In this document: piece by piece, positions 49,549-58,694 of the stretch
How positions within the stretch are numbered: position 1 is the first letter of the stretch
Layout: every line of letters starts with the position of its first letter
Origin: Candidatus Marinacidobacterales bacterium
GTDB lineage: Bacteria; Acidobacteriota; Vicinamibacteria; Marinacidobacterales; DATDRI01
Assembly (NCBI GenBank): GCA_965226495.1
Contig: OZ245365.1
Coordinates: 2,464,001-2,528,000, forward strand
Reading direction: 5' to 3'
Length of the DNA: 64,000 nt
The notes under the pieces: model-generated
The model's input: only the letters and a program-made list of their open reading frames with translations
Databases searched by the model: none
Told to the model about the DNA's origin: nothing
Program-made: the position numbers and the translations under genes

Positions 49549-50526
49549 CTAGTCGAAGTATCTGGCGAGGGCGTGCCGCTCGATCCCGGAGAGAGGAACA
49601 TCGAGAGCACGCCGGCCGCCCTCCAGATGGTCGGGCGTTCTGGGGCCGAGGACGACCGCCGTCGTGCGGGGATGGGAAAGAACCCAGGCAGTGGCGAGAG
49701 TCGCGGGGTCGGTTCCTCGAGCCTCGGCCGCCTTAGTAAGAGCCGCAACGGCTCGGAAGGTCTTCTCCTGAACGAGATCGGCGTACGCTTCCGGACGGAG
49801 ACTCATTCGCGAGCCTTCTGGATAGGCCTTCCCGGCTCGATACTTTCCCGTCAGCCACCCGCCGGCGAGCGGTCCGTAGGGCGTGAAGCCGAGATTCTGA
49901 TCCTCGCAGAGGGGCAATACCTCGGTATTTCGGATCCGGTCGAGGAGATTGTAGGAGTTCTGCACCCAATCGAATCGTACCAGTCCGTACTTGTCACTGA
50001 TCCACAGGGCCCGAACGAGACGCCACGCTTCGATGTTGCTCGCGCCGATATAGTGAATCTTGCCTTGGTGAACCAGGTCGTCCAGGACACCGAGGGTCTC
50101 CTCGAGCGGAGTGTTCGGGTCCAGCCCGTGAATGACAAACATATCCAATCGCTCGACGCCAAGGCGACGAAGACTGACGTCGACTTGCCCAAGAATGTGA
50201 CGTCGCGATAAACCGCGATCGTTTGGCCCTTTGCCGACTGGCATCGAGGCCTTGGTGCTAATGAGGAGTTGGTCTTTCACCGATGCCGGTTGGGTCTTGA
50301 GCCAGCGTCCGACGATCGACTCGCTGTTTCCCGCTCCATAAACATTTGCGGTGTCCAGGAAGTTGATTCCCAACTCTACGGCGTGGTTCATCAGGGCACA
50401 GGCTTGTTCTTCTGTCTCGCCCATGCCTGCGAAACTGGGATCGGATCCGATCCCACCGAAGTTCGCGCAGCCGAGACCGAGCCGTGAAACCTTGAGCCCG
50501 GTTCGTCCGAGAGAAACGTAATCCAT
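49549..50526 (-). CDS. Aldo/keto reductase
   Basis: LGRTGLKVSRLGLG, DTANVYG, GKIHYIGASN, YGPLAGGWLTGKY. Confidence 0.95.
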   Translation of the reverse strand: MDYVSLGRTGLKVSRLGLGCANFGGIGSDPSFAGMGETEEQACALMNHAVELGINFLDTANVYGAGNSESIVGRWLKTQPASVKDQLLISTKASMPVGKGPNDRGLSRRHILGQVDVSLRRLGVERLDMFVIHGLDPNTPLEETLGVLDDLVHQGKIHYIGASNIEAWRLVRALWISDKYGLVRFDWVQNSYNLLDRIRNTEVLPLCEDQNLGFTPYGPLAGGWLTGKYRAGKAYPEGSRMSLRPEAYADLVQEKTFRAVAALTKAAEARGTDPATLATAWVLSHPRTTAVVLGPRTPDHLEGGRRALDVPLSGIERHALARYFD

Positions 50527-50535
50527 AGCGAGTTG

Positions 50536-51843
50536 CTACTTCTGGGGTTTTTGCCCTTCGAAAGGGCTCCCCTTGAACGCCAAGGCCAGCATCAAGCCCG
50601 CCGAGGTCAACAACGCCACCAGAAATCCGGCCAGAACCCATTGATAAGAGCCGAGATAATCGAAGCCCAAGCCCATGAGAAGAGGACCACACATCCAACC
50701 TACGACGTACACCGCCACCACATAACCGTAGATCTCGGCGAACGATCGGAGCCCGAAGTATTGGGTCACCAGATAAGGGATGAGGCTGTCCGAGCTCGAC
50801 GCGATCCCGACCAGAAAGGCGCCGACGAACGCGAGGCTGCCGACCGCTCCGCTCCAAAGCAAAAATATCCCGAGTCCGGCGATCGCGAACAAACAGGCGC
50901 CCAAGTAGGGCGCGAAGAACCGGTCCAAGAGATAGCCGACCGTCAATCGTCCCACTAACGACGCGCCCCCGAGAACCGACGCGGTCAATGCGGCATCGAG
51001 GCTCGATACGCCCCGATCCATGAGCATCGGTACCAGGTGGGTCATGACGCCGACGACGCTCGTCGCAAGGAGCAAGAAGGCCGGGGCCACTAACCAAAAG
51101 GTGATGCTGCGTCGGGCCTCTGAAGCCGGGATGCCCTCGTCCTCCTTCTTCCCGGATTCTATGACTGGTGTTTCGGATATCTCGCCGTCCGGTAGAAGAC
51201 CCATCTGCTGCGGAGTTTCCTTGAACAAGACCGCCACGATCGGGATCGTCACCGAGATGACCATGAGTCCGATGAGGACGTAGGCCTGGCGCCAACCGAA
51301 CGTCGCGATCAAGCTATTGGCCAAGGACGGCATGAAAAAGGCGCTCAACCCGTTTCCGCTCAGAGCGAGACCAAATGCCAAGCCACGCCTCCGCTTGAAC
51401 CAGCGACTCAAGACACTGAAATAAAGCATCGAGGTCGTTCCGCCTCCGACGATCCCGATGACGGCATAGACCGCGTACAAGTGCCACAGGTTCGGCGTGA
51501 GGGCCGAGAGGGAGCCGAAGCACAGGCCGAAGAGCAGAAGCGCCGGCAAGAGGATTTTCCTCGCTCCGAGACGATCGACGAGTCGGCCAATAAATGGCTG
51601 CCCGGCACCGTAGCTAAGCATGGCCAGCGAATAGGCGGCGGAGATCTCACCGCGACTCCATTGAAACGTCTCGGCGAGATGATTGAAAAAAACACCGAAG
51701 GTGAAGGTGACCACCGGGCCGTAGCACATGAAGAGCCCGACCGCGGCCGAGAGAACCACCCACCAGCCGTAAAAGGGCTTCTTTCCTCGAGGGGGTGCCG
51801 CGGGGGGCCGGGGGGGCGGTTGAGGCTCGGGCGTCTTTGTCAT
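50536..51843 (-). CDS. MFS transporter
   Basis: FYGWWVV, GRLVDRLGAR motif A, about 12 hydrophobic segments; ATG at 51843. Confidence 0.92.
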   Translation of the reverse strand: MTKTPEPQPPPRPPAAPPRGKKPFYGWWVVLSAAVGLFMCYGPVVTFTFGVFFNHLAETFQWSRGEISAAYSLAMLSYGAGQPFIGRLVDRLGARKILLPALLLFGLCFGSLSALTPNLWHLYAVYAVIGIVGGGTTSMLYFSVLSRWFKRRRGLAFGLALSGNGLSAFFMPSLANSLIATFGWRQAYVLIGLMVISVTIPIVAVLFKETPQQMGLLPDGEISETPVIESGKKEDEGIPASEARRSITFWLVAPAFLLLATSVVGVMTHLVPMLMDRGVSSLDAALTASVLGGASLVGRLTVGYLLDRFFAPYLGACLFAIAGLGIFLLWSGAVGSLAFVGAFLVGIASSSDSLIPYLVTQYFGLRSFAEIYGYVVAVYVVGWMCGPLLMGLGFDYLGSYQWVLAGFLVALLTSAGLMLALAFKGSPFEGQKPQK

Positions 51844-51981
51844 TTCGACCTCGGGGAAAACAGTGGAGAACGAGCGCGCCGACTCTATCAAAAGGCAGGG
51901 TGGTCCATCCACTCACAACCGGTTTCCTTCAAGGCGGCCGAATCAGATAGGATACGAGAGCTCAGAAACGGAGGTAGGCAT

Positions 51982-52470
51982 ATGTTGATCGGGTTGAGAA
52001 CAATTTCAGGAAAACTCGCCCTGACACTTCTCTTCTTCCCGCCCCTGTCCGAGGCTCAGTCCGAAGAGAAAAGCGTTCTGGCCGTCGTTCAACGGTTTTT
52101 TGACGCCGATGCGGCAAAGGATGTGGAAGGGGCGCGGGACGTCACGTTTCCGGAAGCGCGTTTTTTCTCCGTCCGCACGGAAGATGGCCAGAAAGTCGTG
52201 CGCAACTTCACTATTAAGGGGTACCTGGAGGACCTCCCGGCGCGCGAGGAGACAGTGCGCGAACGGATGTGGGAGCCGACGGTGCTGATCCATCAGGAAA
52301 TCGCGGTGGTGTGGACGCGCTACGATTTCTATCGAGACGGACGATTTAGCAACTGCGGTATCGATGCCTGGAATCTCATCAAAACGCCCGAGGGCTGGAA
52401 AATCTCAGGAGGCAGCTACACGGTCGAGCGCATGGATTGTCCTGAAAGCCCGCTGGGTCCTCCAGAGTGA
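51982..52470 (+). CDS. NTF2-like (SnoaL-type) secreted protein
   Basis: GGAGG RBS, VVQRFFDA, IAVVWTRYDFY...CGIDAWNLIKTPEGWKI. Confidence 0.8.
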   Translation: MLIGLRTISGKLALTLLFFPPLSEAQSEEKSVLAVVQRFFDADAAKDVEGARDVTFPEARFFSVRTEDGQKVVRNFTIKGYLEDLPAREETVRERMWEPTVLIHQEIAVVWTRYDFYRDGRFSNCGIDAWNLIKTPEGWKISGGSYTVERMDCPESPLGPPE

Positions 52471-52481
52471 ATATCTCTCCC

Positions 52482-53900
52482 CTACTCCGAGATCGGCTCA
52501 GGCACGTGCTCGTGCCGCGGAATCACCACCTGTCCGTTTCTTACAACGAGCTCACCATCTCGAATCACCAGATTCACGTTGGCGAGATCCTCGAGGCGTT
52601 GCTCGGGCTTGCCATCCACCACGAGGACGTCGGCAAGCTTGCCCCGCTCCAGAGTGCCGAGCCTGTCGTCCATGTCCAGGATCTCGGCGCTCGTCCGGGT
52701 CGCTGCTACCAACGCTTCGGGTATGGTGTACCCGACCTCGACCAATTGCTTGAGCTCCGTGATATACGCACCGGGGAGCATGCGATACCAATCGAACGGT
52801 AAATCCGCACCGACTCCTATCTTGATGCCCGCACGCTTCATCTTTCGCAGCACTTCGAGATTGGCTTCGTGGGAAAACGTAAAGCGCCGGGATGTCGCGC
52901 CGTGGTAGCCGCCCCACAAGGCGAAGACATACATGTAGGGTACCAGGGTCGGTACCGAGGCGGTCCCGTTCGCCGCCATCATCTCAATGACGTCGTCTGA
53001 TCGCGGCAACGGGTGCTCGATGCTGTCGGCGCCCGCCTCCACTGCCCATCGGACATAGAAGGTTTCGGCATCCACGGCGACCTTGAGCCCCAAGGAGTGG
53101 GCCTCCTCCACCGCCGCTTTGATCTCCTCGCGCGAGAAATGACTCATGAGCTTGATAACGTCGGCGCCGGCTTTGAACTGCTCACGAACAGCTTCTCGCC
53201 AACCATCGGGCCCGGAGGCCTCGATGACCGCGCCGTAAGCCGCGTTGAACGGGCTCAGCCGCTCCGCACCGTGACCGCCGGTACCAGTAATTGCCTGTCC
53301 GGCTGGAAAGACGCGCGGCCCGATAAGCCGGCGCTCTCGGACCCATCGCTTCAACTGAAATGGGACCGTTCCGTGCGAGCTCACGTCGCGGACGCTCGTG
53401 ATCCCGCTCTCGATGGCGTAACGCATTCGTTCTATCGCCCGTAGCGTTTGGTGTGCAGGATCGAGAGCGTCGGTGATCGATCCCTCCGCCGACGCGGACC
53501 CCCCGGGCGGCCGTGCGAGGTAAGTGAGATGGCTGTGCAGATCGATGAGACCGGGAAGCACAGTCTGACCCGTCACGTCGATGACCTTTGCATCGGACGG
53601 CCAAGAGTCGTCTTCCGGCGACAGCACTCCCGAGATTCGATTTCGCTCGATGACGACGGTCGCTTCACGAGCCGGGGCGCCGGTACCATCGAACACCCGC
53701 CCGCCACGGAGGACGAAGCTACCCTCGGGCCCGCGCGGTCCCGCGGCGACCGGAATACGGCGCGGGTCGTCGGATACCGGCGATGTCGGCTCGATGTACA
53801 GCCGGCGATCCTCGGGGCGCTCTTGCGCCGCCGCGACCAAAGGAAGTTGCAACACAACGACGATGGCTACAATAGCCGTTCGAATCAGTGCGGTTTTCAT
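52482..53900 (-). CDS. Amidohydrolase family protein
   Basis: LPGLIDLHSH, SIEH, GTLERGKLADVLVVDG; signal peptide; ATG at 53900. Confidence 0.9.
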   Translation of the reverse strand: MKTALIRTAIVAIVVVLQLPLVAAAQERPEDRRLYIEPTSPVSDDPRRIPVAAGPRGPEGSFVLRGGRVFDGTGAPAREATVVIERNRISGVLSPEDDSWPSDAKVIDVTGQTVLPGLIDLHSHLTYLARPPGGSASAEGSITDALDPAHQTLRAIERMRYAIESGITSVRDVSSHGTVPFQLKRWVRERRLIGPRVFPAGQAITGTGGHGAERLSPFNAAYGAVIEASGPDGWREAVREQFKAGADVIKLMSHFSREEIKAAVEEAHSLGLKVAVDAETFYVRWAVEAGADSIEHPLPRSDDVIEMMAANGTASVPTLVPYMYVFALWGGYHGATSRRFTFSHEANLEVLRKMKRAGIKIGVGADLPFDWYRMLPGAYITELKQLVEVGYTIPEALVAATRTSAEILDMDDRLGTLERGKLADVLVVDGKPEQRLEDLANVNLVIRDGELVVRNGQVVIPRHEHVPEPISE

Positions 53901-54171
53901 GTGACAACACCTCCCGTTTCGAGGGGGCGCTGATGCGCTCCCATCGAGAGTCAACTTAGCACGATGGACACCTTCTCGTCCGACAATGCGAGGTTCCCTA
54001 CTTCATGAGCTTGTCGCGAACTACCCTCCCCTCACCTCACCTCACCTCACTTTCTTGTATGCTGGATCGTCTATCGCTTGACACGAAGGCACGAACGATT
54101 CTATTCTTCCGAAGACTTGCCGGCCCCATCCAAGCGCTTCCTCCATCTCTGAGCTGGGCGAAGGAGAAGAA

Positions 54172-55635
54172 ATGAATACTAACCGTTTGATGTTGTCGTT
54201 TGCCATTATCGCGGCATGTGCCTCTCATGCCCGCGCCCAGACTCACTCCTCGAGAGAAGTTGCCGACCGCATCATTGCAGCTTCCGAGGGCAACACCGAG
54301 GCGCTTCAAAACCTCCTATACCTCAGTGACCACATCGGTCCTCGTTTGACCGGCTCGGAGCAGGCCGCGAAAGCCGTTCAGTGGGCCGCCGACAAGATGC
54401 GGAAAGACGGACTCGAAAACGTCCGGCTGCAGCCGGTGACCGTGCCGCGTTGGGTTCGAGGCCACGAAAGCGGTGAGCTGCTCAGTCCCTCCCGACAAAA
54501 GTTGCCTCTCATTGGGTTGGGAGGCACGGTGGGCACGCCGCCGGAAGGCATCACCGCGGAGGTGGTGGAAGTGTCGACCTTTGATGAGTTGGCCGCCCTC
54601 GGAGACGAGGCCAAGGGAAAGATTGTTTACTACCACACGCCTCTCAACCCGCGTTTGCACCCGATGGATGCTTATGGCGCTGCCATCCGCTATCGCAGTC
54701 GGGGAGCGGTGGAGGCGGCGCGGTACGGTGCCGTCGCTTCGATGATCCGTTCTTTTGGCACACGAAGCTTCGGGACGCCGCACACCGGGGGAACCTACTA
54801 CTCTGACGAGGTCGCGCCCATTCCCCACGTCGCCTTGGCCACCGAGGCGGGAGACCTGATCCATCGCCTGGTGACTGCCGGGGAAACGCCGAAGATGCGG
54901 CTCATCGTCACCAGCAAACCGGAGGGTGAGGTGGAGTCGGCCAACGTCATCGGGGAGCTTCCCGGAAGGTCGGCGCCCGAAGAGATCGTCGTGATCGCGG
55001 CGCACCTCGATTCCTGGGACGTGGGTACGGGCGCCATCGACGCGGGTTTCGCATGCGCCATTGCATTGGAAGTGCCGCGTATGCTCAAAGAGCTGGGGCT
55101 GGTGCCCCGCCGAACCATCCGCACGGTTCTGACCATGACCGAGGAGCTGGGAAACCTGGGTGCCAAACGCTATGCGGAATCCTTGAGCGATGAGGAGCTG
55201 CGAGCCCATGTCGCCGGGATCGAGGGCGATGCGGGCCCCGACCAGCCCTGGGGGTTCCGGGTCACGCGAGGCGATGCGGCCAGCGGTACCCAAGGAAGAT
55301 CGCTTGACGGCGCCGATCCCATCACGAAGAAAGTGTTCACCTTGGTCCAGGAGTGGGCACAGTTCCTCACGCCGATCGGTGCCAACTGGGTCGACTATGG
55401 AGGCATCGAAGGTTCCGGTCCCGACATCGTGCCTCTCGCCCGGAGGGGTGTGCCCGCGATTTCCATGCGCAACGACCAGACACGCTATTTGCACATTCAT
55501 CACACGGACGGCGACACGTTCGACAAGATCGATCCGCAAAGCTTTCGGCGTAACCTCGCTGCGATCGCCTTCATGGCTTATACCCTTGCTGAAAGCGAGG
55601 ATCTGGCGGCGGTTCGTAGGACCAGTGGACAGTAG
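54172..55635 (+). CDS. M28 metallopeptidase, paralogue of 48100-49533
   Basis: IGPRLTGS, AAHLDSWDVGTGAID, TEE, HHTDGDTFDK. Confidence 0.92.
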   Translation: MNTNRLMLSFAIIAACASHARAQTHSSREVADRIIAASEGNTEALQNLLYLSDHIGPRLTGSEQAAKAVQWAADKMRKDGLENVRLQPVTVPRWVRGHESGELLSPSRQKLPLIGLGGTVGTPPEGITAEVVEVSTFDELAALGDEAKGKIVYYHTPLNPRLHPMDAYGAAIRYRSRGAVEAARYGAVASMIRSFGTRSFGTPHTGGTYYSDEVAPIPHVALATEAGDLIHRLVTAGETPKMRLIVTSKPEGEVESANVIGELPGRSAPEEIVVIAAHLDSWDVGTGAIDAGFACAIALEVPRMLKELGLVPRRTIRTVLTMTEELGNLGAKRYAESLSDEELRAHVAGIEGDAGPDQPWGFRVTRGDAASGTQGRSLDGADPITKKVFTLVQEWAQFLTPIGANWVDYGGIEGSGPDIVPLARRGVPAISMRNDQTRYLHIHHTDGDTFDKIDPQSFRRNLAAIAFMAYTLAESEDLAAVRRTSGQ

Positions 55636-55684
55636 AGCACCCTCGGTATGTTGAGGATCGGCAAATGATGAAGGAGGCGTATAT

Positions 55685-56107
55685 ATGATGAGACTCGCTA
55701 GCTTACTCCTACTGCTTACGACCGCATCCATCGGCTCAGTCGCCGCAGACGGTCAGGATTTGGTTGGAGTATGGAAACCGCTTAACTACCATATCGCAGG
55801 GGTGGATCACCCTATGGACGGGCTGTTTATCTTCACCGAGAACCACTACTTCGCGACCAACGTCCGCTATCGACAAACGAGCACCGAGCTCGATGACAGC
55901 AACGCGAACGCGGGCACCTACCGCACGGAAGGGAACAAACTGTTCTTGACATCCCACCTGGCTGCTCATATTCGTCCTGGCAAGAAGGAAGAACCGATCA
56001 ACTACAGTCAAGGCGGCACGGACGCCGGGACCTACGAAATCAAAGGCGATAAACTCATCATCACGTTCCCGTCGAAAAATCGGTATGAAGCGGAACGCGT
56101 GAAGTAG
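55685..56107 (+). CDS. Secreted lipocalin-like protein
   Basis: LVGVWKP...GLFIFTENHY...AGTY...GTYEIKGDKLII. Confidence 0.72.
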   Translation: MMRLASLLLLLTTASIGSVAADGQDLVGVWKPLNYHIAGVDHPMDGLFIFTENHYFATNVRYRQTSTELDDSNANAGTYRTEGNKLFLTSHLAAHIRPGKKEEPINYSQGGTDAGTYEIKGDKLIITFPSKNRYEAERVK

Positions 56108-56130
56108 TGCAATCCCCGGCCGTTTCTGTG

Positions 56131-58518
56131 CTATCGGGGCCCTCGCCCTAGGTGCGTGTCGAAATAGCCGACCAGCTTCCTCAAGCCGAACAGCGAAACG
56201 TAGTCTTTGGCTCCCCATTCATGTACGGACGTCGGGAGCACAACGAAGTCGAAGTCTTTCTCCAACATCATCAGCTTCTCGGCCAGCACGACCGAGTCTT
56301 TGAAGAGCACGACGTTATCCTGCATCCCGTGCATGATCATCAGGTGGTCCTCCAGGTCCTCGCCATAGCTGATCGCGGAGACCTTTCGGTAGACCTCGGG
56401 ATGGGTATTGGGTCGACCGGCCACGTTGACTTGGGCGGTCATGGCATGAGAGATGTGGGTAGCGGGAGCCGAAGCGACTCCAGCCGCATAGACCCCCGGT
56501 TTCTTGAAGAGAGACATCGCGGTCATCAGCCCGCCGTAGCTGCTCCCCCATATCCCGATGCGATCTCGGTCGACGTACGGGAGGGTTAGAAGGTGCTGCA
56601 CGCCACTATGTATGTCTTCGACATCGATACCGCCGTAGTCCCGAAAGAGCCTTTCGCGGAAAGCGCGCCCGTATCCGACCGTCCCCCGAACATCGACGAG
56701 TAGCCCAATGTACTCCCCTTCGAGCGCGAAGTACTGTTGGAGGGTGCTGTATAGGCCCCTCCATTCTTCCACGTCCCCCCACCTGCTTTTTACCGAGTTT
56801 GGATACACCGGGCCGACGATGACCGGATACTTTTTCGACCGGTCGAGATTGCGGGGCTCGAGAATCCGCCCATGCACGGTGACCCCGTCCACGTGGCTCG
56901 GGAATGTTACGTATCGCGGCTCGATCCAATCGTAGTCATCGAAGTCTTTTGGCGGTGAATGCGTCACTCTCTTCTCGGATTCCCCTCCCCGGCTGCTCAC
57001 GATATAGAGCTCGGTAGGAGTGAGGTCGTTAGAATGAAGAAGTGCCAGCTTGGAGGCGTCGGGCGCCCCGAACGGATGGTGCACTCCGGGTAGCGTGGTC
57101 ACCTGCACGATGTCCCCGCCGTTCTCGGGCATGCGGTAGACATGCCTTTCGTAGGGACTCTTCTTGTTGGCAACGAAATAGACCTCTTTAGTGGAGTGCG
57201 AGACAAAGAGGGTCGCGGCACCCGACTCGCCGACGACACTCCAGTCTCCCTCCGTGAGGCGTTTCGGCTTTCGCGTTCCGAGCGGCAACTCATAGAGATG
57301 ATGGCGGTCGTCTTTGTCGGAAATGAAGAGTATTCCGCTCCCGTCGCTCTGCCAAGCAGAGTTCCAATGCTGGGTGGTCCTCGTCGCCCGATAATCGTGC
57401 CAGATCTCCTGTAGCGAGCCGTCTCTCGGGTCGGCGAGAAAGATCCATCGATTCTCCGCACTTTCATCGTACTGATCGACCAGCAGGTGACTATCCTCGG
57501 GCGACCAGCCGTAGCTGGCAATGCTGCGGTCGGTGTTCTCCGGAAGGTTAAGCCTCGCCAGACGGCCGGCGGAGACCGAATAGATAGCGATGTCCTTCAC
57601 GTGGTCGTTGTCCCCGGGGTAGTCGCGGCTAAGTAGGTCCACATCGGTCTCTTCACCTAGATAGTTCGGGATCATGACTTTCCGCATACTGCGGCGGTCT
57701 TCGACGTGGAGCGCGATATGTCCACCATGAGGCGACCATCGATAGGAGCTCACTTCCACATCCGGGCGAGAGTACCCCGGTCCGCAGCAGGTATTGAGCG
57801 GTGAACCGCCGACCTCTGGCCGAGCGATATTGGTCGCCCGAACCAACTCGTCGAGCTCGCCATTCTCGCGATTCCACAACCACAGGTCTCCTTCCTGAAG
57901 ATAGGACAGAAACTTGCCGTCGGGAGAGAAGGACAGGAGGTACTTGTCGCCGGGGGAGCGAGTGAGTCGTTTGAGACCGGTTCCATCCGGATTGATCTGA
58001 AATAAGTCGTCTCCGCCGTCCGGCATGGGTGCGCCCGAGCGGTTTCTAGGAACCTCCATCCCGCTGGTCTGGATCGCGAAAATCAATGCGTCACCGTTCG
58101 GTGTCCAAATCACCTCCGCGACACCTCGATGCCGGCGCGCAGTGACTCGTTCCACGAGCGACACGCCGTCGCTGGCCGGGGCATACAGCTCAGCAAGGTC
58201 CGAAGCCATGTCGGTGACCCGTTGCGGCTTCTCCCCGTTAGCTGACGCCACCCAAACGTCTCGGAAAGGCATCGCCTCGTCGTTCCAGACGAACGCCACC
58301 CGTATGCTGTCGGGCGACCAAGCCGGATTCGACGGCGCCGTGCCGCTCAAATAGGGCAGCGACGCAATGCGCTCGATGGTGAGAGGGCGCTGCTCCGCCT
58401 TCACCGACCCTTGCAGGGAGAGGACCAAAACCACCGCCCCGCAAACGCTCGCCGCACGTGACGTTCTCATATTGGCCGACATACTGGCCCTCCTTCTGAA
58501 TGAGTCCTTAGACCGCAA
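56131..58518 (-). CDS. S9 family peptidase (DPP IV-like)
   Basis: WSP repeats, IGIWGSSYGG, HGMQDNVV, terminal His region; start may be the second Met. Confidence 0.93.
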   Translation of the reverse strand: MRSKDSFRRRASMSANMRTSRAASVCGAVVLVLSLQGSVKAEQRPLTIERIASLPYLSGTAPSNPAWSPDSIRVAFVWNDEAMPFRDVWVASANGEKPQRVTDMASDLAELYAPASDGVSLVERVTARRHRGVAEVIWTPNGDALIFAIQTSGMEVPRNRSGAPMPDGGDDLFQINPDGTGLKRLTRSPGDKYLLSFSPDGKFLSYLQEGDLWLWNRENGELDELVRATNIARPEVGGSPLNTCCGPGYSRPDVEVSSYRWSPHGGHIALHVEDRRSMRKVMIPNYLGEETDVDLLSRDYPGDNDHVKDIAIYSVSAGRLARLNLPENTDRSIASYGWSPEDSHLLVDQYDESAENRWIFLADPRDGSLQEIWHDYRATRTTQHWNSAWQSDGSGILFISDKDDRHHLYELPLGTRKPKRLTEGDWSVVGESGAATLFVSHSTKEVYFVANKKSPYERHVYRMPENGGDIVQVTTLPGVHHPFGAPDASKLALLHSNDLTPTELYIVSSRGGESEKRVTHSPPKDFDDYDWIEPRYVTFPSHVDGVTVHGRILEPRNLDRSKKYPVIVGPVYPNSVKSRWGDVEEWRGLYSTLQQYFALEGEYIGLLVDVRGTVGYGRAFRERLFRDYGGIDVEDIHSGVQHLLTLPYVDRDRIGIWGSSYGGLMTAMSLFKKPGVYAAGVASAPATHISHAMTAQVNVAGRPNTHPEVYRKVSAISYGEDLEDHLMIMHGMQDNVVLFKDSVVLAEKLMMLEKDFDFVVLPTSVHEWGAKDYVSLFGLRKLVGYFDTHLGRGPR

Positions 58519-58622
58519 ACTTCCCCGGTCACGGAAACTTCGGGGGGCGATTCTAGAATCGCAACAGAACTAGAGAGGCTAGGAGCGTCTGTCCGCTCTC
58601 AGCCTGGGTCTCCACTGAGCAA

Positions 58623-58657
58623 ACCCACCCTCACCCGCGGTGCGGGCGAGGGTGGGT
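58623..58657 (-). terminator. GC-rich hairpin after the TonB receptor gene
   Basis: ACCCACCCTCACCCGC-GGT-GCGGGCGAGGGTGGGT with only a short T run on the minus strand. Confidence 0.5.
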
Positions 58658-58694
58658 CAACCCCAAGAGCTATAGGCCTCGAGGCGGGCCAGGG

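Noticed and set aside
54031-54050. (CTCAC)x4 microsatellite in a divergent intergenic region
   Set aside because: Only four units; no evidence for phase variation
48484-55731. Long antisense ORFs such as 48484-50211, 50258-51295 and 54316-55731 (also 11967-13349, 31665-32747)
   Set aside because: Shadow frames of well-supported genes in high-GC DNA, with no motifs
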